Shown here: positions 51,496-64,000 of the stretch, piece by piece
Position numbering within the stretch: position 1 is the first letter of the stretch
Layout of the letters: each line of letters begins with the position of its first letter
Source: Carcharhinus amblyrhynchos
Lineage: Eukaryota
Length of the DNA stretch: 64,000 nucleotides
Assembly (NCBI GenBank): GCA_965287045.1
Contig: OZ336881.1
Coordinates: forward strand, 45,818,001 to 45,882,000
Direction: 5' to 3'
The notes under the pieces: generated by a model
Seen by the model: only the letters and a program-made list of their open reading frames with translations
Databases searched by the model: none
What the model was told of the DNA's origin: nothing
Program-made: the position numbers and the translations under genes

Positions 51496-53499
51496 ATTAT
51501 AACATTTTTAAATGTTATACTCTCAAATTAATTTTAAAATAACTACCCTGGAAACATCTGTTCATAACTTCACAGGTCTGCACTGCCAGCAAAGATCTCT
51601 ATATGGATGGACATTGTCTATATAGTCTTCAAGCTATTAATTTTAATCTTGGGCTCAAAATTACCCCTTCAGTGCTTGTAAAAAAAAAACACGACTCTTA
51701 CCTACTGATGAAATATAATCTACAGCTATTGAGATGTCTTTTGCTGAAAGACAGAGGAAAGGTGAAAGGAAATACTTATTGTTCAAAGGCTCACCCATAG
51801 TCTGTCACTTTTTTTGGTAAACAATGCTACTTACATGAAAAAAATTACCCTAATGGAGAGTCATCATTTTTGTTCTCCCTTTCTTTCAAGGTTGCTGCGA
51901 TTAGATTTGATCAAACGTGGAGTTCAGCCATCTACATTGAACATTAGACTCCATTTAATGATAAATCATCTTGAAATCTTTTGAATATCTATTCATCTTA
52001 GGCCTGAAAGTTTAATGTTTGCTTAGCTGTCTGAGTGCAGAAAGTATTGATAAAATTTGAAGGTAAAGGTACAGCTAATGTAGGCTTTGTTTATGATCAT
52101 TCATTATCACTTCATGAAACAGATGTTGAGTTGCTTCTTCCAGTATAAATATTGAGCATATTTGCCTCAGGGAAGCTGTTGTCATTTCAATTGCATAGTA
52201 CATAACCATTTCCTTCTGAGGAATTAAAAAAAATGATTATTTCATTCTTGAAAACAAGAAGCCCCCATGCGAGCATTATTGAGTCAGCTTTGATATAACA
52301 AAAACAATTAGGAGATTGGCATTTATTAAATTTTCAAAATAACTGTTTTCTGCAGTATCATTTTCAAACATGAATTTTCTTCACATGATAGTTTGCAGGA
52401 ATTTAAATGCTGTGAAAATAACGTAGCATGTTATCCAGGTAAACAAAATAAATCTGTCTCTCTTGATATCACTGATCTTTCACATGAGCGGATTTGTGTA
52501 ATATAATTTCCACGCAGCCAAAATTGTATCACTGCCTCTCTGCATTTCATGTTTATATTGGATAGAGTTTAGGGTTACACACAAGTACTTTCAATCTGAT
52601 TTCATTCCAAACCTGTTTGGCTAAGTTTTCTATTTTTGCAGCTCACAGTGACTACTGCCTTCCACCCCCACCACCTCCCCACCACCCCCGCAACACACCC
52701 CTCCCTCACCCCACACCCCTGTTGCATTGAGCTAACTTTCTCATGTTTAAGATTAAGAGTAGCTGCTTTCTATTTAGAAGATGGGGATAAAGAAGACTGA
52801 AAATTTCATTTGAAGAATGTATGAAACCTAATGTCAGATATAATTGTAATATACAAGTGGCATTAAAGATAACTTTGGGGAAAGATGAATTTGTACTACA
52901 TATAAACATTCTTAACGCAGCTAAAATTATTTTAGTTCTTTTCTTTCTCTATTTTCTACTGACATTGCTAATCCTATTAGGTATATGATTTCATAACTGA
53001 TGGGTTTTTTTTAACCTCTCCCAAGAACTATTCTTCATGTTATGATCTAATTAATGATGGTCAATTAGCTATTCAGGCACAAGATGAATCACTTTTTAAA
53101 AAACTTATTCATTCTTTGGCATTTGGATACCACTGCAAAGGCCAGTATTCCTTGTTTTCACTGAAATTGGTGAGCTGCCTTGTTGAATTGCTACTGTCTG
53201 AGTGGTGAAGATTCACTACCACTGCTATTGAGCAGGTAGTTCAAGGATTATGATATGATATTATGATATCATAAGGATTATGATACATAATAAAGGAATG
53301 GCATCATATGTTTAAGCCAGAGAGGAATTTTGAGGTGATGGTATTGCCATGCACCTGCTACTCCTCCTCCTAGGTAATGGAGGTTGCAGATTTGGGAGGT
53401 GCTGCCAATGAAACCTTGGCAACTTACATCTTCTGAATGATACATAATGCCATTGGGTGGTATCTTGAACCTGTGTTCGCTGTCTGTCAGTTGCCAGTG

Positions 53500-54533
53500 G
53501 GGGCTCAAGATCCAGAAGGCGCAGTTCTCTCAGGTGAGAATGCAATTTTGGATCTTACCCTCCCTTCGTCAGTGTTGTCATCAGATCATGCCCACAACAT
53601 TGTGAATCTGATTTGCGTGGATTTCCATTTCATTTCAATATTATTAACCCAACCCCTCGCTCAATATTGACCCTCCTGCCATATCTCCAAACCACACTGG
53701 CATGAAGTCACATCAGAATGGTTGAGTGGTTTACAGCAGGTACAATCAGGTTCACACAGACATGAGCCAGTTTTGTGGGTCTCCCCGGAGTGCTAAGCAA
53801 AACATAGCCCTGGGGGACAAGGGACATGTTCGAGCAGTCAATGCCCCCTTGACACTGCCCCTTGGACCATTCTGTCCAGACCACCCTGGCAGTGCTAACC
53901 TGTGCCAAGGGGAGCCCCAGTGGGAGCCTAATTGGAGGAGATGGGGAGGGAGGTGGATCTGTGCTAATGTGGTTGTGGGCCAAGAGCAGACAAATGAGGA
54001 ATGACAATGAGGGTCATTTGTGGGGATGAGGGTGGTGACACTGGAGAGAAGGAACCTATGTTTGCTGTTGGTGGGGGGAGGTCAGAGGTGGGGGGAAGAG
54101 AAGGGACCAATGATCATGGGAGGGAGAGAAAGGGCCAATGGTTGAAGGGGGGACCAAAGGGGCTGATGATCATGGTGGGGGAGGAGAAGGGACTAATGAT
54201 CACAGTTGGAGGGTGGAGAAGGGGACGGATGATTGTAAGAGGGATTTTCGTGTGAATGCTGGTTCCAATTGGGGGGTGGGGAGGGGAGCCCCTGAGCCCT
54301 CAGTGATGGGGAGAGGTTTAGTTTTGCTCTGATTGGGGTGCCCTTTAATGGTAGCATCTGATCTCTGAGCAACCGGGTTTTGGCAGTGTGCTTAGGACCT
54401 GCCTCCTGTATCATGCTCCCTTGGCAGTGTGGGCTAGAATTTGGAAACAAACCCGAGTGGTATAGCTGGAGAGAAATATGTGATTTTCTCACCAGAAACT
54501 ACACTCTGTCATTTTTTTGATAAAATTTTGTCC
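53500..54533. mobile_element. MITE-like element inserted into an old LINE
   Basis: Related to 4781-5915. LINE sequence continues on both sides. Confidence 0.55.
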
Positions 54534-57429
54534 ACTGTATGCTGGTAATTGAGAGAATGGATGTTTCAGCTGGAGAATTGGTTGCCATTTAATTTGAATT
54601 ATTTGTCCATGATAGATTTAAGGTACTTGGATGTTTATACAAGCTGTACAAATACAAGCGAGTGAAGGGTATCCCATCACTCTTCTAACATGCCTTTGAG
54701 GTGATGGAGAAGCTCTGCTGAGCCACTCACCACAAAATACCTAGCCTCTTATTCAAATATCAAGTTACACGTCAGATGCAATGGTTTTGAGAGTTTCTGG
54801 TCAATGGCTACCCCCAAAATGTTGATAATGGACCTCAACAATAGTGATTAGTATTGAATGTCAAGGGGACGTGGTTAGGTTCTCACGTGTCAGAGATGGT
54901 CATTGTCGGACATTTGTTTGACGTGAATTGACCATAAACCTTCTGTCCCAATCATTCGCCAGTTGTTTTTAGTGGGTGAATGTGGTTAAAAACCGGACTG
55001 GTGATCTTAGTTAATTAGCATGGAGGTTGGAGGGACAAATGGTGCTGGGAAGGTTAGAATATGTTTGCATGAGTTGTCATTGGAGATATCAAGAGCCATG
55101 TGGATGAATGCAGATCATGGATTATCACGGAGGGTATGAGTGGCCATTGGAGGTAGACATTGACATGGGGAGTGGGTGGGGGGAGGGGGGTGCTGAGGCT
55201 GTGTGAAGGGTGAGGGCTAGAGAGACTAATGTTGAAGAAAATAACTGGGCAAAGTCCTAGAGAACCAAGGTAGGCCATTTGAACACTTGCCAGCCCCTGT
55301 GGTCACCTCCACTTGGCAGTCAGGAGCAACAAGTCCAAATCTACCCTCACCCATCCCTTGAAATGGAGATCCTATCATTTGAGCAAGTTTCTCCCAAAGT
55401 AGCAGGGAGATTTCCCGACTCTCACTAACCAATTTAGGAACAAAAATCTGGACCCAAATATTTGATGATCGAACCATTTTGCTATTTTTCTTTAAATTAT
55501 CTGGAAAATAATTTGCAAGAAATAAATGCTGTAAAATTTCTTTGGTTATGATCCTGATTTACAATCACTAGTATTGCATTGACCAATGTTCTCCAGTGCT
55601 GGCTGTACGAGAGTTTGCAGGGTCAGCAGCAGGGCCACAGATTAGCATGGGTTCGTTGGGGTCCCTAAATTGGTTATTGCAGCACTATAGGAATAACTGT
55701 GGGCTCTATCTGTCCCTTGCCTATGGAATTTTGTGCTTGAGTGCACTTTTGGTGAGGGGCGGGGAGGTTTGCGCCTCTCCCAATGTGAGACACATTCTTC
55801 TCAAATTGAATGAGAAACCAATCTTTTGAGGTTTTTCTTAAATGTTAACCTTCAGCAATCCAGGTTGTTTGTTTTATTTGTACCCTTTTGGTAGCCTAAT
55901 ACGTGCTTCTATGGAGGCTGGTACACATCCATTCACCACGAACACCAATCATCGACTACCAACTTAGGAGCAAGATTGACTTTGTTCCACATCAGCCTGT
56001 CATTTATCTTGTAAAGGGTGGAAGTTTGATGCCCTATAAAACACAGAAGAAACGTTATCATTTTCCCAGGGGTTGTAGCAAGAGGCTGACAATGCAGAAG
56101 GAATTTCAAAGTCAATATAATTTAACGAGCTGCAGCCCAGACAATGTGCTCATTACTGAAGAATTGCATATTGCAGGATGTATTGGGCCTGAGCTAGAGA
56201 ACGTTGATAAAGTGGTCCTATGATAATACAATGCATTCAAACATTGAATTAAAACAAAAATATAAATATTTATAAAGCTGAGGCTTGTCAGCAAAAGGAG
56301 ATAGCACAACTTTCTCAGAGTACGCCATATCAGCATCACATGTGCTCAGGTCAGGTATATCATGAACAAATGTTGTTTGAAAGCTCTCTTGACATGAATA
56401 ATAAGCCTGAACCATAACCCCAGAAGACAAAATTCCATGTATGTATATTTCCCACACCATCTATCTTTATGACTTGTTTTGTAATAACCTATTTATGCTG
56501 AATGAGGGGAGTTCTGTATAATGTTATGATGGCAGCTGTTCATACTGGATAAGTTAGATCCCAGAGTGAAACCTGACTTGATAGATGCTGACCGGAATTC
56601 TCCACCGGATAGGTTTCCTGTTTGCATAGGGTTGCTTCAGTTGGAACTGCCATTGACATCAGAGAGAGCAGAAGATCCTGCCATCGAGAAAAATGCTGAG
56701 TGGAGGCTAACTTTTTTTTGAAAACCTAGAGGAAAGTTACTGCACAAATTCATGTGAGTCTGTTAAAGAAGTTTTAATGCAAAGAGTAGTATATTTATCA
56801 AACAGGAAAAAATAATATTACACCAGACACACCGTTTAGAAAGATCTCAATACAAACACAAGAAGGCAATTCAAATTCCCATTATTTCTTTAGCCCAGCA
56901 ATATCTTTATAGAGATACAAACCGATCTTGATTTACCACTAGCTTGACATAAATGTTTCTCACCGGGGACTGGCACACTTTCACATTATTTTCTTCAGGT
57001 GGATTCCTGAGCATTCGCTGCACTGTAAACTCACTGCTTCTTCTAACTACAGAGCAAATAAATAAGTTTCCTAAATATAGATTTCCAGTAGCACCCCTGC
57101 TAAACTGATCACTTTACTGAGTCCCATTACTTATTATTCAGTTAACTACTGTCCCCCGGCCTTGCTGTTTTTATCTTCAGAAGAAATCCTTGTATCTTTC
57201 TGGCATGCATTCTGAACTCACCCTCTCTCAACTCTGCCTTTTCTGTGTGCCGCTATGCAACAGTAGGCAACACTAGGCAATGGACAAAACCTTTTCTACT
57301 TCATGCTTTGTTTTCAGAATCTTTGAGTGTTCAAATCCTTTTAACCTACTCCTTTAAACTTGGGGGCTTTAATGTTTACATATACAAATCCAAAAGACTT
57401 CAAACCGTTCAGTCAAGTCTATCCAGACA

Positions 57430-57738
57430 GCTAGGCATCAATATCTTCACTCACCCTGCACGTACTCTCATCCACCTCCTTCCATTGGGAAAAAAATACA
57501 AAAGTCTGAGGTCACGTATCAACCAACTCGAGAACAGCTTCTTCCCTGCTGCCATCAGACTTTTGAATGGACCTATCTTGCATTAAGTTAATCTTTCTCT
57601 ACACCCTAGCTATGATTGTAACACAACATTCTGCACTCTCTCCTTCTCTATGAACGGTATGTTTTGCCTGTATAGTGCACAAGAAACAATACTTTTCACT
57701 GTATGCTAATACATGTGACAATAATAAATCAAATCAAA
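57430..57738 (+). mobile_element. LINE 3' end (Rex-Babar/L2-group)
   Basis: THPARTLIHLLPLGKKYKSLRSRINQLENSFFPAAIRLLN followed by the tail aataaatcaaatcaaa. Confidence 0.75.
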
Positions 57739-59346
57739 AAAACTGTCCCCAATACTCCAGGTGTGGTCTCACTAAGGCTTTTTAGAGCAACATAAAGACA
57801 GCTTCTCAATTGAAATTTGCTTGCCTGGTGTGTAACCAAGTATTATAGACAAACAACAAGCCAGATTCAATCCTTAGTCTCTGCTATGTTAGCTGATTTC
57901 ACCTGTGATGGCCCTATGGGCACTACAATTTGTATCAATTCACCTAGACTTGGAATGGGAAAATGAAGCATTTCTCCTGATCACTATTGCATTGATTGGA
58001 AAATACATCCATGTGAATCTCAACTGAAGATAGAATTAAATTCCAAGTGATAATTGACCACTTGACCAATGAGAGTCCATGACCATGCTCCTTTCCCCAG
58101 TTTGAATTACTGACTTCTGAAGACAGATAAAATTGGAGAAGAGTAATGTCGATGGTGAACTATTCTGACAGAAATTGATTCCTCCACTTCCTCACATTCC
58201 ATGCCCTGCCAATGATTTAAAACTTGAGTGAATAAGATGTTCTTTCTCTTTGACTGCAAGACTTGGAGCTTGCTGGTTTGAGCAAATTGCAAATCCTTTC
58301 TTTGACTGAGAGCAGCCAGCACACCTATAAATATAACTATAGCAACAGCAAAGAATACTGTCACATGTTATCTCCTACACTGCCTTGAAGCAAGTTACAG
58401 TTGCTAACAGGTTCTGTATTAATTCAAAAGTAAATTGTTATATAACACATAAAAATGTGATAAAATGAGCTATCATGTGCAATGGCGTCAAGTGGACCTG
58501 ATAGTTGGGAGAATAGATTCACATAATTTGCACACTAAAGTACAAACCCCAAATGACTGAAGCAGAAGAGGGGGGAGGGAGTTGAGTCATCCCATTGTAC
58601 AGAATAATCAAAGTATGGGTCAATTCATCATAAAACAGTGCTTAATGCTAATTGAGCTATGTAAAATTCATTAGGAACTGTGTAAATTAAAATGATCAAA
58701 TTGCATAAGGCCACACCACCCAAAGTTGAAAATAAATGACAAGACTGCACAAAATTAGATATAACGTCATTTGGCTTTTCAAGTTTTAGCCAACATTGGA
58801 ATTACTTCTAAGTTCTTAAATAGAATTTATGGATGAATTTCTATCAAGAACAGAGTAGTCGCTGCCAATGATTCCTCTTGTTCTTTACAGCTAAAAGAAT
58901 GAAGATGCAAAAGCTCATGGTTAAAACAATGAAAATATATGTGTCTGGTGTATTGGTCTTTATAGCTTGAGCAATAATGCTGCATAGCACTAAATAGTGT
59001 TAAATCCAGAAGCTGACTGCTCTCAACTTATATGTCAGGATATGAGACATTATTAAATAAAACCCAACAAAACCCAATATTCACTGAGAATTTGTCAGCT
59101 TTTTTTTAACTTGTTCTTGGAATTTGAGCATTGCCGACAAAGCCAGCATTGTTACTCTTAAGGAACCTTCAGAAGATGGCGGAGAGGTGTCTTCTTAAAC
59201 CACTGCTGCCCATCTGCTTGGGTACAGAGTGCTGTTAGGAAAAGTGTTCCAGGGTTTTAACCTAGTAATAGTGAAGGAACAACAATATTATTCCAAGTCT
59301 GGCTGTATGGCTTGGAGAGAATTTGTAGGTGGTGGTGTCTGCATGT

Positions 59347-60750
59347 GTCCAGGATCTCACTGGGTCAGTCTGGAGGGGAGGTTTGGGAGGTCGCCAGAGG
59401 TGTGATGTTGGCAAGAAGTGACATGTCATGACAGGGAGTGGTGAGGAGAACACAGTGGGTGAGAGTTCAGAGGAATGGGCACAGGATATCCTACTTGTCC
59501 TATTATGTGGTATAGATCACAGTTTTGGAAGGTGTTGTCAAAGAAGTCTTGACAAGTCACTGCATCTGATAGAGGCTGTTGTTCCTTATGTGTTGAATGA
59601 TGTAATTTAGCACTGTGTATGCTCATATGGATAAATTACATGGTTTCCCACTTCTTTTCAAAAAGGACTGTCTTAATTTTTTTCATGTTTTACTGACTGT
59701 AATTTCAACAATAGAGCACAAGTAGCAAATCTTTGTGAGTATGCATTCTTGGCAAGGTGGCAACTGGCTGTTTTTCCCTTAAACTACATTTACAAATCAA
59801 AGAACAAAGAACACAGCACGGGAAACAGGCCCTTCAGCCCAACGAGCCCGCACCGCCATCTTAACAATGTGTTTTTCCTCCTCCACCCTTCACCCATGTC
59901 TATGCTTATGGTACCCCCATTGGAAACCAGATTAAGGGGAGAATAATTTAGGGACAATTTGTTACACCAAGCAGCCTAAGAGCACATCTTTGGGGTGTGG
60001 GAGGAAACCGGAGCACCCGGAGGACACCCACGCAACCACAGGGAGAATGCGCAAACTCCCACAGACACTGGCCCAAATCCATGTATCTGCACAGCAAACA
60101 GTGATAGTCACTGAGCTGTTGTGGTGCCCATCTGCTGGTCTAGTTTTAAGCATACACAAATGACACAAATCAAGTTTTGTAACTGGTTTACAAAGCCTTC
60201 CTGATCTCTGTAGAGATTTGTGACTGTTGAGCTACAGTTCAGTCTTCATAGAAGAGCTTAGCTACAGGTTTATGCTCCCTTCAGGGCAGGATGGGATGAT
60301 AGGTGGGGGTTTGGGGGGTGCGGTGCATGATAGGTGGGTAGGGTTGTAAGGTGGGAACCATGCCAGTGAAAACATGCCCACAGTCTAATCAGCCTTCCCA
60401 CCAACCAGCAGGTAATTTTATGCAGGTAGGAGGAGTGTTGGATGACCTGCTTGCCTGTGGGCCAATTGAGACCATTAATTGGTCAACTAATAGTCACTTA
60501 AGTCCGACCTCCTACCACTACTAGGATTTTACCCACAGCAGGCACACTAAAGGCCACCCAGAAAGATCTATCAGCCTGTTGAATGGATCAGGGGCGGTGC
60601 CTCCTGGTTGGGTATCCTGTGCCCATTCCTTTGAACTCTCACTCACTGTGTTCTCACCACTCCCCATCATGACATGTCACTTCTTGCCAACATCACACCC
60701 CTGGCACCTCCCAAACCTCCCCACCTGTCTGACCCAGTGAGATCCTGGAC
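59347..60750. repeat. about 140-bp inverted repeat pair (59347-59491 / 60610-60750)
   Basis: gtccaggatctcactgggtcag...gttggcaagaagtgacatgtcatga...aggaatgggcacaggata versus its reverse complement about 1.1 kb downstream, with a few substitutions and small indels. Confidence 0.92.
59798..60129 (-). mobile_element. V-SINE/HE1-like SINE with CR1-type tail
   Basis: Minus strand: gtctgtgggagtttgcgcattctccc...tccgggtgctccggtttcctcccaca...gggctgaagggcctgtttcccgtgctgtgttctttgttcttt. Confidence 0.85.
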
Positions 60751-61744
60751 TCGTCTCACAGTCTGGGCTGCATCACAGAACATCTTCCTTGGGGACTGTT
60801 GTAGTCCCAGCTGTGGCCACTGCTTCTAGTGATGCTGCTGGGACCAACTATTTAATTGGCAACTCTTTTAGACAGACTTCCTCTTAGAATGGGAAAGAAA
60901 GCTCAGCTCAAATCAATTGAAGATCCAGTGGTCATTACATGTTTGTGGGATGAGCCAGCCAGTTTGTTCTTTTGTTCAGGCATTTGCTGTATTTGTTTTC
61001 TTTTGATCAACTTTTATATTTTTGTGTTTCATTGTCTCAGCAAGTATATTAACAGCCTGTGTTTTAAGAGTACAGTGTGACATTAAATTCCATCTATGTA
61101 TGTGTTTAATGTGAGATATTGCTGTTTCTCATGAACCACATTAAACTGTACTAAATGTGAGACAAATCCAATTTTGTAAATATCTTAGTTCCCACAAACT
61201 CTACATGCAAATCTTGAGAGCTTGATATTGGATACTGCTCATTATACACTACCTGGTTGACTTTGAATGCCTGACTTGGGAACTGCTATAAATAGGATTG
61301 CCTGATCACTGTTGTCAATTTTTCCACCTGCCATTTTTGGAACATCTGCAGAGTGTCCACGATGCCAAGAAAATCCAAATCCAAGGAGGCCAGCTCCCGT
61401 GTTTAATGACCTCATTGAGCACTGTGCATGTTCAAAACATATGAATACATAACAACAGCTTTTACAAATATTGAGTTCAACAATTTCAGACCATAACCTC
61501 GGCTTCTTTCTTTACTTTTAAGTAGTGGCTGCTCATCATTCTGCTATTCAGACCTCCTCTAGTAATATTTATTGCTTCTATACTTGCCCGTTCCCTTTGG
61601 TTTCACCAACGTTTGTGTCACTTAATATCTTCTGTCTTCCATACTACCCCAGATCTTCTCTTTATATATTTATTTTCATTCCACCCTCCCTACTTTCAGT
61701 TACTGCTTCAGATGAAAATCTTTAATCAGAAAAGTTGACTCTTT

Positions 61745-62581
61745 GGGTCGTATTTTACCACTTTAATTCTAAGTGCTGGGCAGACTTGAAACTGGGGGTG
61801 TTTTAGATCTGACTTTTAGACCCATTCTCAGATGCTCCTATATGCACTCTGCCTGAAAAAAAAAATCAACAATTCTGAATCAGGCTGCAGAAGCCTGTGA
61901 GTGGGGCTTAATGTGCCCAAAATCCTGCAGCTCCAATTGTTGCCTCCAACTGTGCATGTACAGAAAAAATGAATTTAAGAATGTGGCTCCCCTGCCACAT
62001 CACTCCCGGGTTGGTTAATGCCTTCACCGGCCCCCACAGACATTGCCCCACCCCTACACCATTACTGATCCTATTACCACCCCCCTCCACCTCCCTCAGC
62101 CACTCAGACCAATTGCAGGCCATAACACCCCTCCCCTCCCACACTAATCTCAAGCAGAGTAGCAGCAGACCCCTTCCCCCCACACCCCCACTGATCCCAG
62201 GCAAAGTGGCAGCGGATGCCCTCTTCCCCCTTACTAATCACAGGCAAATTGGCAGTGGATCCCCCCACTGATCTCAAGCAGAGAGTTGTCGGACACTCGG
62301 CACTTACCTTGTCACTAACTGGAGCGCCCAAATCAGACTTTTGTAGAGTGCATCGAAACTGGATCGGCAAATGCGGTGATAAAGGAGGAAGTGCCAATAA
62401 AGTTGGGCATGCAGCTTATTAAGTCAATTTAAACACATGCAAATCGCCCTGATCGCAGCCATTTTTGGGCCTTGGTAAAGGGGAAACAATGGCAGGTGCG
62501 GATCGCGCTACTCAACTCACACCCGACTTTGCCAAGTTATTGTGCCTGGAAGTGGGCAGAAGTTCATGGTAAAATTGGGCC
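61745..62581 (-). mobile_element. PIF/Harbinger-type MITE, TSD TTT, same family as 6507-7571
   Basis: TIRs gggtcgtattttacca / tggtaaaattgggcc; TTT on both sides. Confidence 0.75.
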
Positions 62582-63247
62582 TTTTATCTCGGCCTCGCCA
62601 GCTGCATATTTCCAGCATTTTTTCTTTTATTATAGCACTCTTGATTATGGGATGGAAATGTACTGCCTAAATGATTCTTGTGGGATAGGGAAAAGTGTAC
62701 CTGAGAATGTCTGAAACAGCCTTTGCTATATAAATTCATCAATATTGTGGGCAACTTGCTTCAAAGGAGTCTGAAAATAGCTTTCCTCAATTCTGTTGTT
62801 CATAGATAAACTACAAGCTGCTGCAATATGTGTGAGCACTAATAGGAAGGAAACTGGTTATATCTTTTTCAATGGTGAAGGCAGTAGACAAGTACATTTT
62901 TTTCTCATCTTTTTGAAAGCATTGATAGTATCTTCACCTTCAAGAAGGACTTTTTGCCAATATTTCGTGTTTGTAGTCGAACGTCTTCAGATTTTTTACA
63001 AGGTGCTCATTGGAAATCATTTTGGCCCAGATCTTCCAGTCAGTGTCAATGCCGTCAGCTTGGTCACTGCCTGCAAATATTCCTGCCATCCAACATATTG
63101 TGTTACTTCAGCTGGCTTCCGATCCTGGCTAAAGCAACAGCGGGTCAGCACAGACATCCAATGATCTGCGAAGAGAGGAAATACACCCTTCTCACAACAT
63201 TAGCTGCTGTATTCAGATAAATTTTTAATTGGCTCAACTATTTCATT

Positions 63248-63500
63248 GGGTGAGTAAGTGCATGAGTGTGTACCTGGGTGGGTGGGTGGCTGAGTGAGTG
63301 AGTTAATGGATGAGTGGGTTAGTGAGTGAGTGGGTGACTAACTGATTGAATGGGTAGGTGGATGAGTGGGTGAATTGGTGAGCGGTCAAGTGAAGGTGTT
63401 GGTGGTTGGAGAGAGAGTTGGGTCAGATTGTGCAGGCGAGGGAGGGTAGTTGGATCATATTGTTGGGGTAGTTGGGTGCGATGTAGTCGTATTGGGAGGG
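63248..63500. repeat. degenerate (GAGT/GGGT)n simple repeat
   Basis: gggtgggtgggtggctgagtgagtgagt... low complexity. Confidence 0.8.
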
Positions 63501-64000
63501 AGTAGTTGTTGGCTATCATGCTTTGATCAATTATAATTACTAATCACACAGATAGATCTGTTATTAACTGGAATAACATTTCCAGGATAAATATGGAGTT
63601 AAGTCCCATGTATTGGGCCTAAATTTCTAACACTAAACTCAGTGTTAATGACTTTCATGCAGGTTCAAGGTAGTGGGTCCAGATCAGTGGAAATCAGTCC
63701 ATCAGAAGCTTAAACTTCCTGGGTAATTTTAATGCATGTGTACTATCAGAAAAGTGACTTGGTGAGTTGCTGCAGTAATCTTGTAGATGGTACACATTAC
63801 TGCCTCTTTGTGTCCGTGATGGAGGGATTGACTGAATGTTGAATGAGATGCTAATCAAATATGGTACTTTGTCTTGGATGGTATCAAGCTTCTTGGGTTT
63901 TGTTGGAGTTGAATTCATCCAGGCTCGTGAAGAATATTCCGTCATATTCCTGACTTGTGTTTTGATGGTGGACAGGCTTTGGCTGGCTCAGTTCAATTTC

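Noticed and set aside
34183-64000. Intact beta-neurexin first exon or the next LNS6 exon (PGTTYIF...)
   Set aside because: Looked for by eye and not found; probably beyond the window.

Overview
Eukaryotic genomic DNA, most likely from a cartilaginous fish (inferred from HE1/V-SINE-like, SacSINE1-like, CR1 and Penelope-derived repeats). The whole window lies inside a large + strand alpha-neurexin gene (NRXN1-like; NRXN2 or another ohnolog is not excluded). Five in-phase GT-AG exons encode the end of LNS4, LNS5 and EGF3: 8449-8830, 10119-10309, 14891-15064, a 27-nt SS6 microexon at 33629-33655 that the ORF track misses, and 34063-34182. The rest is intron filled with CR1/L2 LINEs, SINEs, Harbinger-type MITEs and Gypsy fragments. 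Most notable non-coding features: (1) a TSD-flanked palindromic Penelope-like element at 18187-18632 carrying three minimal hammerhead ribozyme motifs, one sense and two in tandem antisense; (2) a circularly permuted ~400-bp inverted duplication (A-B...A'-B') at 41713-42917; (3) further templated inversions and insertions; (4) candidate splicing-control elements and a candidate poison acceptor around the SS6 microexon. Exon and hammerhead coordinates were read base by base. Repeat boundaries are approximate, and family names and paralog comparisons come from recall, not database searches.
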